A stretch of DNA of 64,000 nt from an uncultured Desulfatitalea sp. (GTDB lineage: Bacteria > Desulfobacterota > Desulfobacteria > Desulfobacterales > Desulfosarcinaceae), in assembly GCA_963668675.2 (NCBI GenBank), contig CAXXMB010000002.1, forward strand, positions 896,001 through 960,000, read 5' to 3'. Positions 38,269 through 47,602 of this stretch are shown in pieces. The notes under the pieces were generated by a model that saw only the letters and a list, made by a program, of their open reading frames with translations, was not told where the DNA came from and did no database searches. Made by a program: the position numbers and the translations under genes. Position 1 is the first letter of the stretch; each line of letters opens with the position of its first letter.

Positions 38269-38276
38269 TTTAAAAG

Positions 38277-38425
38277 AATCCCCCTGAATCCCCCTTTGGA
38301 AAAGGGGGACGTTTCGAATCAAACCTCTTTCCGTTAAGCTCCCCCCTTTGGAAAAGGGGGACGTTTCGAATCAGACCTCTTTCCGTTAAGCTCCCCCCTT
38401 TTTCAAAGGGGGGCCGGGGGGGATT
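38277..38425. repeat. REPIN-like unit, right copy, with an internal 52-bp tandem duplication
   Basis: Same A, spacer and A' as the left copy in direct orientation; spacer occurs twice (38310-38339, 38362-38391). Confidence 0.92.
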
Positions 38426-39442
38426 CTATCCATTCTCCTGGGTATAATCCACCAGGGCGTCCAGCTTCTCCAGCGCTTTTCCCTCGTCGATGGCGGCGGC
38501 GGCCATTTCGATGCCGCGTCGCAAGTCCTCCGCTTTTCCGGCAGCGAACAGTGCAGCTCCGCTATTGATCAAGACCACATCGCGCTTGCCGCCCTTCTCT
38601 CCGGAGAGGATCGCCCTGGTGATGGTCGCGTTTTCGGCCGGGTCTCCGCCGGCCATCTCTTCCGGCTGGGCCAAGCGGCCGAAGTACTGCTCGGGATTGA
38701 TGTCGTAGGTGCGTACCGAGCCATCTTTCAACTCGCTCACGCGGGTGGGGGCGCAGACGCTGATCTCGTCCAGGCCGTCGTGGCCGTGCACCACCATGGC
38801 CGATTGCCCCCCCAGGAGTTTGAGCGCCTGGGCGAACATTTCGGTTAACTGGGGGGCAAAAACGCCCAGAAGCTGGCAGTTGGCCGATGCCGGATTGGTC
38901 AATGGCCCCAACATGTTGAAGATGGAGCGCACGCCCAGCTCCTGGCGCGGCTTGACCGCATACTTCATGGCGCTGTGGTAGAGGGGGGCAAAGAGAAAAC
39001 CAATGCCGATGGACTGCACGGCCTCCTCGACGATCTCCGGGTCGGTGTCCAGTTTGACACCCAACGATTCAAGGACGTCGGCGCTGCCGCACTTGCTCGA
39101 TACCGAGCGGTTGCCGTGCTTGGCGACGGTCACCCCGCAGCCGGCGACAACGAAGGCGGTGGTGGTTGAAATATTGAAGGTTTGGGCGCCGTCGCCGCCC
39201 GTACCGCAAGTATCCACCACCGGCGACCCCACCGCCTGAATACGGCGGGCGTTGCGTCGCATGGCCTGGGCCGCACCGGCCAACTCCTCAAAGGTCTCCC
39301 CTTTGGTGGCCAGCGCCGCCATCATGGCCCCGATCTGAGCCTCGGTGGCCTCTCCGGTGAGCACAATGTTCATCATCTCGGACATCTGGTTTTCAGTCAG
39401 GTCTTTACGTTGGATAATCAGGCTCAAGTACTCTTTAAACAT
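38426..39442 (-). CDS. trpD: Anthranilate phosphoribosyltransferase
   Basis: DTCGTGGDG, FNIST, KHGNRSVSSKCGSAD, GPLTNP, GLDEIS. Confidence 0.96.
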   Translation of the reverse strand: MFKEYLSLIIQRKDLTENQMSEMMNIVLTGEATEAQIGAMMAALATKGETFEELAGAAQAMRRNARRIQAVGSPVVDTCGTGGDGAQTFNISTTTAFVVAGCGVTVAKHGNRSVSSKCGSADVLESLGVKLDTDPEIVEEAVQSIGIGFLFAPLYHSAMKYAVKPRQELGVRSIFNMLGPLTNPASANCQLLGVFAPQLTEMFAQALKLLGGQSAMVVHGHDGLDEISVCAPTRVSELKDGSVRTYDINPEQYFGRLAQPEEMAGGDPAENATITRAILSGEKGGKRDVVLINSGAALFAAGKAEDLRRGIEMAAAAIDEGKALEKLDALVDYTQENG

Positions 39443-39501
39443 GCCCCTCTCCTCAACTTTCATATTTTCTAACTTTCCTTCCTTCTTGCTGCTCGTTCCT
39501 A

Positions 39502-40095
39502 TCACCTTTGAGAAAGTGTCTCTGTCTGATTGATCATCTTAACAAAGTTCCGGAGCAACCGCTTCCCTATCGTCGTCATGATCGACTCGGGGTGAAACTG
39601 AATCCCTTCGGTCAAGTGGCTGGTATGTCGCAACCCCATGATTTCACCGCCTTCCGACTCGGCGGTGATCTTCAGGCAGTCGGGCAGGCTGTCGCGCTCC
39701 ACGGCCAGTGAGTGATAGCGCATGGCTTGGAACGGTTTCTTGATTCCCTGGAAGATCCCTTCTCCATCGCAGGTGACACTGGAGGTCTTACCGTGCATCA
39801 ATCGCCGGGCGCCGATGATCGTGCCGCCGAATGCAGCAGCGATGGTCTGGTGTCCCAGGCAGACCCCCAGCACCGGAACGCGCCCGGAAAAGTGCTGGAT
39901 CGCCTCCATCGATATTCCGGCATCCGGTGGTCCGCCCGGCCCGGGTGAGATGACGATGGCTTCAGGCGCCAACGCCTCTATGTCGGCAACTCCCATGACG
40001 TCGTTGCGCACCACCTTGACGGGCGTGCCGATCTCTTCCAGATATTGCACTAAATTATAGGTAAACGAATCGTAATTGTCGATCATGAGGATCAT
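39502..40095 (-). CDS. trpG: Anthranilate synthase component II
   Basis: IDNYDSFTYNL, ISPGPG, GVCLGHQ, RYHSL, QFHPES. Confidence 0.95.
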   Translation of the reverse strand: MILMIDNYDSFTYNLVQYLEEIGTPVKVVRNDVMGVADIEALAPEAIVISPGPGGPPDAGISMEAIQHFSGRVPVLGVCLGHQTIAAAFGGTIIGARRLMHGKTSSVTCDGEGIFQGIKKPFQAMRYHSLAVERDSLPDCLKITAESEGGEIMGLRHTSHLTEGIQFHPESIMTTIGKRLLRNFVKMINQTETLSQR

Positions 40096-41594
40096 TGTCG
40101 GCTCTCCTTGTCAAGGGCGATTTGGGCCATGGCCAGAGCCTTTTGGACGGACATGGCCTTGTTGACCGTCTCTTGACGCTCGCGTTCCGGGTCGGAGTCG
40201 GCCACGATGCCGGCACCGGCCCTGACGGTCATCTGGTCGTTCTGCACGCAGGCGGTGCGGATGGTGATGGCCATATCCATGTTCCCGCTGAAAGAGATGT
40301 ACCCCACTGCACCGCCATAAGTGCCGCGCGGTGCCTGCTCCATTTCGGCGATGATCTCCATGGCGCGCACCTTGGGGGCGCCGCTGAGGGTGCCGGCCGG
40401 AAACGAGGCACGCAACAGGTCCCAGACATCGCACTCGGGCTTCAACTCGCTGATGATGTTAGAGACCAGATGCATCACATGCGAATAGCGCTCCACCACC
40501 ATCAAATCGGTCACCTGCACCGTTCCGGTGCGGGCCACGCGCCCCAGATCGTTGCGCCCGAGGTCGACCAGCATCAGATGCTCGGCGCGCTCCTTTTCGT
40601 CCTGGAGGAGTTCATCGGCCAGGGCCCGGTCCTCCTGCTCACTGGCGCCGCGCGGCCGGGTTCCGGCGATAGGCCGCAGGGTGGCCACCCGGTTCTCCAG
40701 CCGCACCATGGTCTCCGGCGACGATCCGGCCAGCACCGTGTCGCCAAGGTGCATGAAAAACAGGTATGGTGACGGATTGATATAGCGCTGGGCCCGGTAG
40801 AGCGCAAGCACGTCATTGGGCGCAGGGCAGACAAACGGCTGTGAGATCACCGACTGAATGATGTCGCCCTGACGAATATAGGTTTTGACTCGGTCGACCT
40901 GCTCCCGGAAGGCCGCTTCGGCCAGCACCGGCTGCAGCGACAGCTGAAAGGCCGACATATTCACCGGCTCTGCGGTCAAGGGCATGTTGATCACCCGCAG
41001 CAGCTGGTTGAGGCGGTTGGCGGCCGTAGCGTAGGCGTGGCCGGCCGCCTCGGGTTTTTCGATAAAGCAGATCGACAGGCAGAGCAACGTGTTGCGAATG
41101 TTATCAAATACGAGCAGCTCCTCAGGCAACATGAAATGCGCCATGGGTTGATCGTCGGCCAGCATGTTGGGGACACGGTTCTCGAAGAAGGAGACCATCT
41201 CGTAGGTCAAATAGCCGACCAGACCTCCCCAGAAGCGGGGCAGTTCGACCATGTCGGCCGGCTTGTAACGCTCCATCAGCGATTTGAGTACAGACAGGGG
41301 GTCGTTATGGTGGGCGATGCGTTCGGCGCCGACACGGGTGGCAACTTCAACCACGTCTCGATAGACGCGCACATCGGCATGGGCGGAGGTGCCGATAAAG
41401 CTGAATCGACCCCACTTTTCACCGCCCTCCACACTTTCGAGCAGAAAAATCGATCCCTGCTTGCGGTAAAGCTTGGCCAGCAGCGATACCGGCGTCTCCA
41501 TATCGGCCAGTATCTCCACGCCCACCGGGATGACATTATGGGTTTGGGCCAGCTCCTGGAACTGTGTCTGGTCAGGGAATTTGCGTAACAGCAT
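40092..41594 (-). CDS. trpE: Anthranilate synthase component I
   Basis: LLESVEGGE, NPSPY, PIAGTRPRG, EHLMLVDLGRND, FPAGTLSGAPKVRAM. Confidence 0.96.
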   Translation of the reverse strand: MLLRKFPDQTQFQELAQTHNVIPVGVEILADMETPVSLLAKLYRKQGSIFLLESVEGGEKWGRFSFIGTSAHADVRVYRDVVEVATRVGAERIAHHNDPLSVLKSLMERYKPADMVELPRFWGGLVGYLTYEMVSFFENRVPNMLADDQPMAHFMLPEELLVFDNIRNTLLCLSICFIEKPEAAGHAYATAANRLNQLLRVINMPLTAEPVNMSAFQLSLQPVLAEAAFREQVDRVKTYIRQGDIIQSVISQPFVCPAPNDVLALYRAQRYINPSPYLFFMHLGDTVLAGSSPETMVRLENRVATLRPIAGTRPRGASEQEDRALADELLQDEKERAEHLMLVDLGRNDLGRVARTGTVQVTDLMVVERYSHVMHLVSNIISELKPECDVWDLLRASFPAGTLSGAPKVRAMEIIAEMEQAPRGTYGGAVGYISFSGNMDMAITIRTACVQNDQMTVRAGAGIVADSDPERERQETVNKAMSVQKALAMAQIALDKESRQ

Positions 41595-41655
41595 ACCATC
41601 TCCTTTCCACAAAAAAGGGCCGCAATGTCTTCGTCGGCTCACGCCCCTTTTCGGC

Positions 41656-41694
41656 AAAAAAAAGGACCGTGAGCTTGAAGCGGCCCACGGTCCT
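41656..41694 (-). terminator. trp attenuator terminator
   Basis: Minus strand AGGACCGTGGGC-CGCTTCAA-GCTCACGGTCCT followed by a T-tract. Confidence 0.85.
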
Positions 41695-41718
41695 ATTAAC
41701 TGCCGGTGAATCGATCAG

Positions 41719-41820
41719 TCAGACATTCGGCAGGGCTCCGCAGGCACGCATGCACCACCGCCACCACCAAGCCTTGATCGTGTTGTTGCTATGTCTATTG
41801 TATTGTTGCGCCTTTTTCAT
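41719..41820 (-). CDS. trpL: trp operon leader peptide (33 aa)
   Basis: MKKAQQYNRHSNNTIKAWWWRWCMRACGALPNV*: four Trp codons in five positions, upstream of the terminator and trpE. Confidence 0.88.
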   Translation of the reverse strand: MKKAQQYNRHSNNTIKAWWWRWCMRACGALPNV

Positions 41821-42033
41821 AAGGTGTATCTACCGGATTCATTGGGTCTAGTTGCGTCTAAATAGAGATGAAAGCGCTTGGGTGTCAAGTTTTTTTTGCC
41901 AGCAGCACCGATCCCTACCCGTCGCGCGGCACTCACCGGATCGCAGGGCTAAAAACCGACCCGCGGTTCGGAAATATTTTAAACCAAAATCATTACTTTT
42001 CCTATAGCCATGTTTTTATAGGTAAAATATGAT

Positions 42034-42062
42034 TTGACAAATCGAATCAGAATGAATAAATT
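42034..42062 (+). promoter_or_regulatory. Sigma70-type promoter of the tetR-RND operon
   Basis: TTGACA-N17-TAAATT, 50 nt upstream of ATG 42112. Confidence 0.6.
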
Positions 42063-42111
42063 CTCGAACCTTTGGGTCGGAAACAACAATCCCCCAGGGG
42101 AAGGGAGCCAC

Positions 42112-42750
42112 ATGAACAACATGAGTGCGAAAAGAAACGTTCGAGCAAAAGAGATCGCCCAGGCCGCGCTGCGCCTCTTTGCACGCAGAGGCTTCGCCGC
42201 CGGCAGTGTCGAAGAGATCTCGGCAGAGGCCGGTATTGGGAAGAGCACGGTATACGAGTACTACCGCAACAAGGAGGAGCTGTTTGTAGCGGCCGTGCAG
42301 GAGGGAGCCGATCAGTGGTTTGCCGACCTGGAGATGATCGGGCGCGAAACCCAGGACCCGGTTGAGCGGCTCTACCGTATTGCAAATCTCTACCTTGAAG
42401 ACCACGGAGTGGACTGCACAGAAAAATCGAGGCTCTTTCTGGAAGTCGTCTCCCAGACGCTTTTGCAGGGCGGCATCTTTTCAGACCAGCGCCATCTGAT
42501 CCTGAACATCTACCAACGCCACATCCGCACTGTGGTCGGTTTTCTGCTCGAAGGGGTCTCCAGCGGACGACTACGACCCGAAATTGCACACCATTCTGAA
42601 AAGATCGCCATCAATTTCCTGGCCTACCTTGACGGGCTGGTCATGCACGGCATGGTGGCCGGTGGACAGGTCGACCTGCATTCCCAGATCGCTCTTTACC
42701 TGAAATATTTCACGCCGCTGCTGACATTAGAAAGAACTGAAGCTGCGTGA
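42112..42750 (+). CDS. TetR/AcrR family regulator
   Basis: AALRLFARRGF...EAGIGKSTVYEYYRNKEELF. Confidence 0.92.
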   Translation: MNNMSAKRNVRAKEIAQAALRLFARRGFAAGSVEEISAEAGIGKSTVYEYYRNKEELFVAAVQEGADQWFADLEMIGRETQDPVERLYRIANLYLEDHGVDCTEKSRLFLEVVSQTLLQGGIFSDQRHLILNIYQRHIRTVVGFLLEGVSSGRLRPEIAHHSEKIAINFLAYLDGLVMHGMVAGGQVDLHSQIALYLKYFTPLLTLERTEAA

Positions 42751-42820
42751 ATAACCCCGGTAGCATGGTTGAACGGCAGAACGAAAGATAAAACAACAAC
42801 AGGGAGTGTTGAAACAGGTC

Positions 42821-43978
42821 ATGGATCACAACGAAAAGACATCCGAAACGGACCGCCCCCAGCCGACCTGGCTGCACCGCCTCTTGAAAGCCATGCCGAT
42901 GCTGGTCGTCATCCTCCTGGTGGGTATCATCGTCATTCTCGGTGGCGAGATCCGCTCAGAGGGCAAGGTCATCAAAGAGAAGAAGAGTTCCGAGCTTCGC
43001 CAGGATCGCAAGGCCACCAATGTCGTGTCCATGGAGGTGACGCCGCAGCTTCTACAGGAGAAGCTCTCACTGCCCGGCTATGTGAAGCCATGGATCACGC
43101 TGCAGGTGGTTGCTGAAGTCAAAGGCACCATCGTGACCAAAGCGGTGAGTGAAGGCGCTCTCGTAAAAAAGGGGGAGATCCTGGCCACCATCGACCGGCG
43201 GGACTACGCCAATGCCCACGCCTCTGCCAAGGCGGCCTACGAAGTGGCCGTTGCCACGGAGAAGCGGTTGCGAAAACTGTTCCGCGACCGGGTGGCCACC
43301 CAGGCACAGCTCGATGATATCGTCGCCACGGTGCGGACCAGCAAGGCGGCCATGGACAATGCTGCGCTGGCGCTGGAGCGCTGCAGTATCCGAGCCCCCA
43401 TGGACGGCATTGTCGATCGGGTCCATGTGGAGCCCGGCCAGTTCATGGATGTGGGCAACCCGGTGGCTAAATTGCTCGATATCCGCCGGGTCAAGGTCGA
43501 AGTGGGCATTCCCGAATCGGATGTGGATGCCGTGCGCCGCCTCGAACGATTTTCGGTCACCATCGAGGCCCTGGACGGTAAAAAATTCGAAGGCACCCGG
43601 CACTATCTGCAAAAGACGGCCGACGACTTTGCCCGTCTCTACAATCTGGAGATCGCTATAGAGAATCCCGATATCGAGATCCTGCCAGACATGTTCGCCC
43701 GGGTGATCATCGTCAAAACCGTGGTGCCGGACGGGCTGGCGGTTCCCCTCTATTCTCTGGTCAAACGAAACGACAGGGATGCCGTTTTTCTGGTCAACGA
43801 CGGATTGGCCAGACTGCAGCCGGTAAAACTGGGCATCCAGGATGGATGGCACATGCAGGTGCGCAAGGGCATCACCACCGGTGACCGTGTGGTGGTGGTC
43901 GGCCAGCGCAGCATCGAAGACGGCGAAAAGGTACATGTCACCAAGACGGTCCGCTCGATGGAGGAGCTGATCCAATGA
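42821..43978 (+). CDS. RND efflux periplasmic adaptor (MFP)
   Basis: N-terminal TM, lipoyl-like halves (VKKGEILATID; IRAPMDG), GDRVVVVGQ. Confidence 0.92.
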   Translation: MDHNEKTSETDRPQPTWLHRLLKAMPMLVVILLVGIIVILGGEIRSEGKVIKEKKSSELRQDRKATNVVSMEVTPQLLQEKLSLPGYVKPWITLQVVAEVKGTIVTKAVSEGALVKKGEILATIDRRDYANAHASAKAAYEVAVATEKRLRKLFRDRVATQAQLDDIVATVRTSKAAMDNAALALERCSIRAPMDGIVDRVHVEPGQFMDVGNPVAKLLDIRRVKVEVGIPESDVDAVRRLERFSVTIEALDGKKFEGTRHYLQKTADDFARLYNLEIAIENPDIEILPDMFARVIIVKTVVPDGLAVPLYSLVKRNDRDAVFLVNDGLARLQPVKLGIQDGWHMQVRKGITTGDRVVVVGQRSIEDGEKVHVTKTVRSMEELIQ

Positions 43979-46900
43979 TCATATCCAACGCCGCCGTCAA
44001 GAACCGGATCAGCGTGGTCGTCTTCACCCTCATCATCGTAATCGTGGGGATCAGCAGCTACATCTCCCTGCCCCGGGAGAGCTCACCGGACATCACCATA
44101 CCGCACGTCTTCGTACAGACCGACTATCGGGGGGTGTCGGCCGCCGACATCGAAACCAGCATCACCATCAAAATCGAAAAGAAGCTCAAAGGGCTCGACC
44201 GCGTCAAAAAAATCAAGTCGGTCAGCGCCGAAGGCCTCTCCCAGATCGACATCGAGTTCATCCCGGGCACGGACATCGACGACGTACTTCCCAAGGTGAA
44301 AGACAAAGTGGACGAGGCCAAGATCGACCTACCCACCGACCTGGAAAACGATCCGTCGGTCTACGAAGTCAACTTCTCGGAGCTGCCCATCATCGTCTTC
44401 TCCCTCTCGGGCACCTGCGGGCCCCGGTGTCTGAAGAAGATCGCCGACGATCTCAAAGACGATATCGAAGCGATCCCCGGCGTGCTGGAAGCCGAAGTCA
44501 CCGGCGGCCAGGAGCGCGAAATCCGCATCGAGGTTGATACGGACAAGCTGGCCTACTACCGCATCCCCATTACCGCCTTCCAGCAGGTGGTGCCCAGCGA
44601 AAACCAGAACACCTCGGGCGGTGCCATCACCCTTGGCCAGGGGCGCTACCAACTGAGGGTGCCGGGCGAATTTGAGACCCCGGACGAGATCCTGGGCCTG
44701 ATCGTGGCCACCCACGAGGGTCGCCCCATCTACTTGAAAGATGTGGCCGCCGTGGTGGACGGCATCAAGGACGAAACCAGCCGTTCGCGGCTGGACGGCA
44801 TCGAAGCGGTCAACATCGCGGTCAAAAAGCGGGTCGGCGAAAACATCATCGAAATCACCGACCGCATCGACGACACCATCGCGCGCGCGAGCCAAACATG
44901 GCCGGCCGGCACGCAGATCACCAAGCTGATGGACCGCGCCAAGGAGATCCGCAACATGGTGGCCGACCTGGAGAACAACATCATCTCGGGCCTACTCCTG
45001 GTGGTCGTGGTGCTGCTCTTCGCCCTGGGCCTGCGCAACGCCATACTGGTCTGCCTGGCCATTCCGTTCTCCATGCTGCTGTCGTTCATCATCTTGAGCG
45101 CTCTGGGCATCACCCTCAACATGGTGGTTCTCTTCTCGCTCACGCTGGCGCTCGGTATGCTGGTGGACAACGCCATCGTCATCGTCGAAAACATCTACCG
45201 CTACATGGAGCAGGGCGTACCGCGCATCGAGGCCGCCATGCGGGCCACCGGCGAGGTGGCCTGGCCGGTGATCGGCTCCACTCTTACCACCCTGGCGGCT
45301 TTCTTCCCCATGATCTTCTGGCCCGGCCTTATGGGCGAATTCATGAAGTATTTGCCGATCACGCTGATCGTGACCCTCTTCTCCAGCCTCTTCGTGGCCA
45401 TGGTGATCAATCCCGCCCTGGGGGCCATCTTCATGCGGGTCAAAGGCAGGCGCCCGGCGACTGAAGAGAGCGAAGGCAGCGCAGCAAAAATAGCCGACGA
45501 CGGCGAAGCGCCGGTCAAGATTACCGGCCCGCTGCTAAACAGCTATACCCGTCTGCTCAAGGGCGCCCTGCAGCATAAAATCGCCGTGCTGTGCATCGCC
45601 TTCGCAGTTCTGGTGATTCTCATCCAGGTGTGGATGCTGGCCATCGGCCTCGAACGCCCGGTAGAGTTCTTCCCGGCCATCGACCCCAAAAGCGTCTATA
45701 TCAACATCGACCCGCCAGAGGGGGCCGACCTGGACTATGTGGACCGGTTGATCAAGCAGACGGAGATGGCGGTCATCGGCGCCGGAGACGGCACCACCGT
45801 CGCCACCCCGGATGCGTATGCGGCCGCCTACCGGTTGAATGAGCACGTCAAAGCAGACGGCCAAACCTTCGACGCGCCGGGCGACTTGAACAACATCGAG
45901 CATGTCTACTCCCGGGCCGTCCAGGGCGGCAGCGGCTTCTCCTTCGATTCGAATCTACCCAACCACATCGGCGTGCAGTTCGTCGACTTCCAGGAGCGCA
46001 AGACGCCGACGGCGGCCGACGTGGAGAGGCTGCGGCAAAGGGTCTCCACCATCGCCGGTGCGCGCATTACCGTCGACGAGCAGGAGGAGGGACCACCTAC
46101 CGGAGCCCCTATCAATATCGAAATCGCGGGTGACAACTTCACCCAGCTGGGCGCCATCGCCCAGCGCATCCGCGAGGCGGTGGAGAAGATGCCCCACGTC
46201 TACGATGTGCGCGACGACTATGTGGCCGGTCTGCCTTCGGTCCAGGTCAGAATAGACCGCCAGCGGGCCGCCCTCTTCGGTCTCACCACCAGCACCATCG
46301 GCGCCGCCCTGAAGACCGCTTACAACGGCCTGGACATCACAACCTATTATGAGGGGGACGAAGACTACGACGTCACCGTCACCCTCAACGATGCCGACCG
46401 CAGGGTCACCGACATCCTGCACAAGTTGATGATCCCGACGCCCAGCGGCCAGATCGTGCCGTTGACCACGCTGGCCAGAATTGAATACGCCGGCAGTCTC
46501 GGCGACATCGTACGCATCAACCACGAACGCGTGGTGACCGTCAGGGCCAACGTGGACGAAGCCAAGATCCCCGGCGCAGTGGCACGCGCGCGGGCCGAAG
46601 AGATGCTGGCCAAGTTCAAACTGCCGCCCGGCTACCGGGTCACCTTCACCGGAGAGAACGAGTTTCAGCAGGAGTCCCAGGAGTTTCTCACGCGCGCCTT
46701 CATGATCGCCCTCTTCCTGATCTTTCTGATCCTGGTTACCCTCTTCAACTCGGTGGTCCAGCCGTTGATCATTCTCACATCGGTGGTGCTCTCCCTCGGC
46801 GGCGCTTTTCTCGGACTCTATATGATCCGGTCGCCCTTCGGCATCATCATGTCCGGGGTGGGCATCATCTCCCTGGCCGGCGTGGTCGTCAACAACGCCA

Positions 46901-47283
46901 TCGTCCTGATCGACTACACCAACAAGCTGCGCGCACGCGGCTTTTCCCTCAATCAAGCCGTCGTGGCCGCCGGCGCCACCCGCCTGCGCCCGGTGCTCCT
47001 GACCGCCATCACCACGATCCTGGGATTGATCCCCATGGTTACCGGCGTCAGTTACGATTTTCACACCATGGCCATCTCCTGGAGCAGTGAATCGACCCAA
47101 TGGTGGCGCTCCATGTCCATCGTGGTCATCTACGGCCTCATGGTATCGACCCTGCTGACCCTGGTCGTCGTGCCGACCATTTACGCCCTGATCGAGACCA
47201 GCCACGCCCGCATCAGTGAGTGGAATGCAAGGTTCAAGCGATGGTACTGGGCGCCTTACGGTGGCCAGCCGGAAAACAAATAG
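43975..47283 (+). CDS. RND efflux permease (AcrB/AcrD/AcrF family)
   Basis: GMLVDNAIVIVENI, GVVVNNAIVLID, RLRPVLLTAITT. Confidence 0.95.
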   Translation: MIISNAAVKNRISVVVFTLIIVIVGISSYISLPRESSPDITIPHVFVQTDYRGVSAADIETSITIKIEKKLKGLDRVKKIKSVSAEGLSQIDIEFIPGTDIDDVLPKVKDKVDEAKIDLPTDLENDPSVYEVNFSELPIIVFSLSGTCGPRCLKKIADDLKDDIEAIPGVLEAEVTGGQEREIRIEVDTDKLAYYRIPITAFQQVVPSENQNTSGGAITLGQGRYQLRVPGEFETPDEILGLIVATHEGRPIYLKDVAAVVDGIKDETSRSRLDGIEAVNIAVKKRVGENIIEITDRIDDTIARASQTWPAGTQITKLMDRAKEIRNMVADLENNIISGLLLVVVVLLFALGLRNAILVCLAIPFSMLLSFIILSALGITLNMVVLFSLTLALGMLVDNAIVIVENIYRYMEQGVPRIEAAMRATGEVAWPVIGSTLTTLAAFFPMIFWPGLMGEFMKYLPITLIVTLFSSLFVAMVINPALGAIFMRVKGRRPATEESEGSAAKIADDGEAPVKITGPLLNSYTRLLKGALQHKIAVLCIAFAVLVILIQVWMLAIGLERPVEFFPAIDPKSVYINIDPPEGADLDYVDRLIKQTEMAVIGAGDGTTVATPDAYAAAYRLNEHVKADGQTFDAPGDLNNIEHVYSRAVQGGSGFSFDSNLPNHIGVQFVDFQERKTPTAADVERLRQRVSTIAGARITVDEQEEGPPTGAPINIEIAGDNFTQLGAIAQRIREAVEKMPHVYDVRDDYVAGLPSVQVRIDRQRAALFGLTTSTIGAALKTAYNGLDITTYYEGDEDYDVTVTLNDADRRVTDILHKLMIPTPSGQIVPLTTLARIEYAGSLGDIVRINHERVVTVRANVDEAKIPGAVARARAEEMLAKFKLPPGYRVTFTGENEFQQESQEFLTRAFMIALFLIFLILVTLFNSVVQPLIILTSVVLSLGGAFLGLYMIRSPFGIIMSGVGIISLAGVVVNNAIVLIDYTNKLRARGFSLNQAVVAAGATRLRPVLLTAITTILGLIPMVTGVSYDFHTMAISWSSESTQWWRSMSIVVIYGLMVSTLLTLVVVPTIYALIETSHARISEWNARFKRWYWAPYGGQPENK

Positions 47284-47329
47284 CGGCCTGATCACGCCCT
47301 TATTAAACCAGCAACAAACTACGCAAAAC

Positions 47330-47417
47330 CGTCATGCCGGACTTGATCCGCCATCCAGTGCAAACCGCTGGATGGCGCTGATGCTTCACTTCGTGCCCGG
47401 CTTTCGCCGGAAAGACG
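47330..47417. repeat. Degenerate CGTC-type palindromic repeat
   Basis: CGTCATGCCGGACTTGATCCGCCATCCAG...CTGGATGGCG...CCGGCTTTCGCCGGAAAGACG. Confidence 0.6.
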
Positions 47418-47602
47418 AATATGGTCTCTATTATTGCCGGGCTAATAAGATCTCATCTCCACCATCTGCATTATCAGGTATGTTGCCACAGCGCCCCGAG
47501 CGAACGCTTGCCGAGCCACTTACTCCGTGCTACGCTCCCCAAAGATCAAGTAACCATGCGACTGGGAAGAGAAGCACAAAACCTGAAGACAGGATCGTTT
47601 TC

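Noticed and set aside
38277..38425. Possible mini-CRISPR array (palindromic repeat + 30-bp spacer)
   Set aside because: The spacers are essentially identical to each other and to the left copy, the terminal repeat is inverted, and there are no cas genes.
45955..47295. 446-aa antisense ORF (likewise 28148..29464, 49013..50326, 50769..51968, 60188..61594)
   Set aside because: All lie opposite well-supported genes and carry no recognisable domains.
47216..47602. 129-aa N-terminal extension of the CoA-transferase-GNAT ORF
   Set aside because: Overlaps the RND stop and a palindromic repeat; domain similarity begins at ATG 47603. The ORF-track extensions of iorA, iorB, lutB and trpE were trimmed for the same reason.
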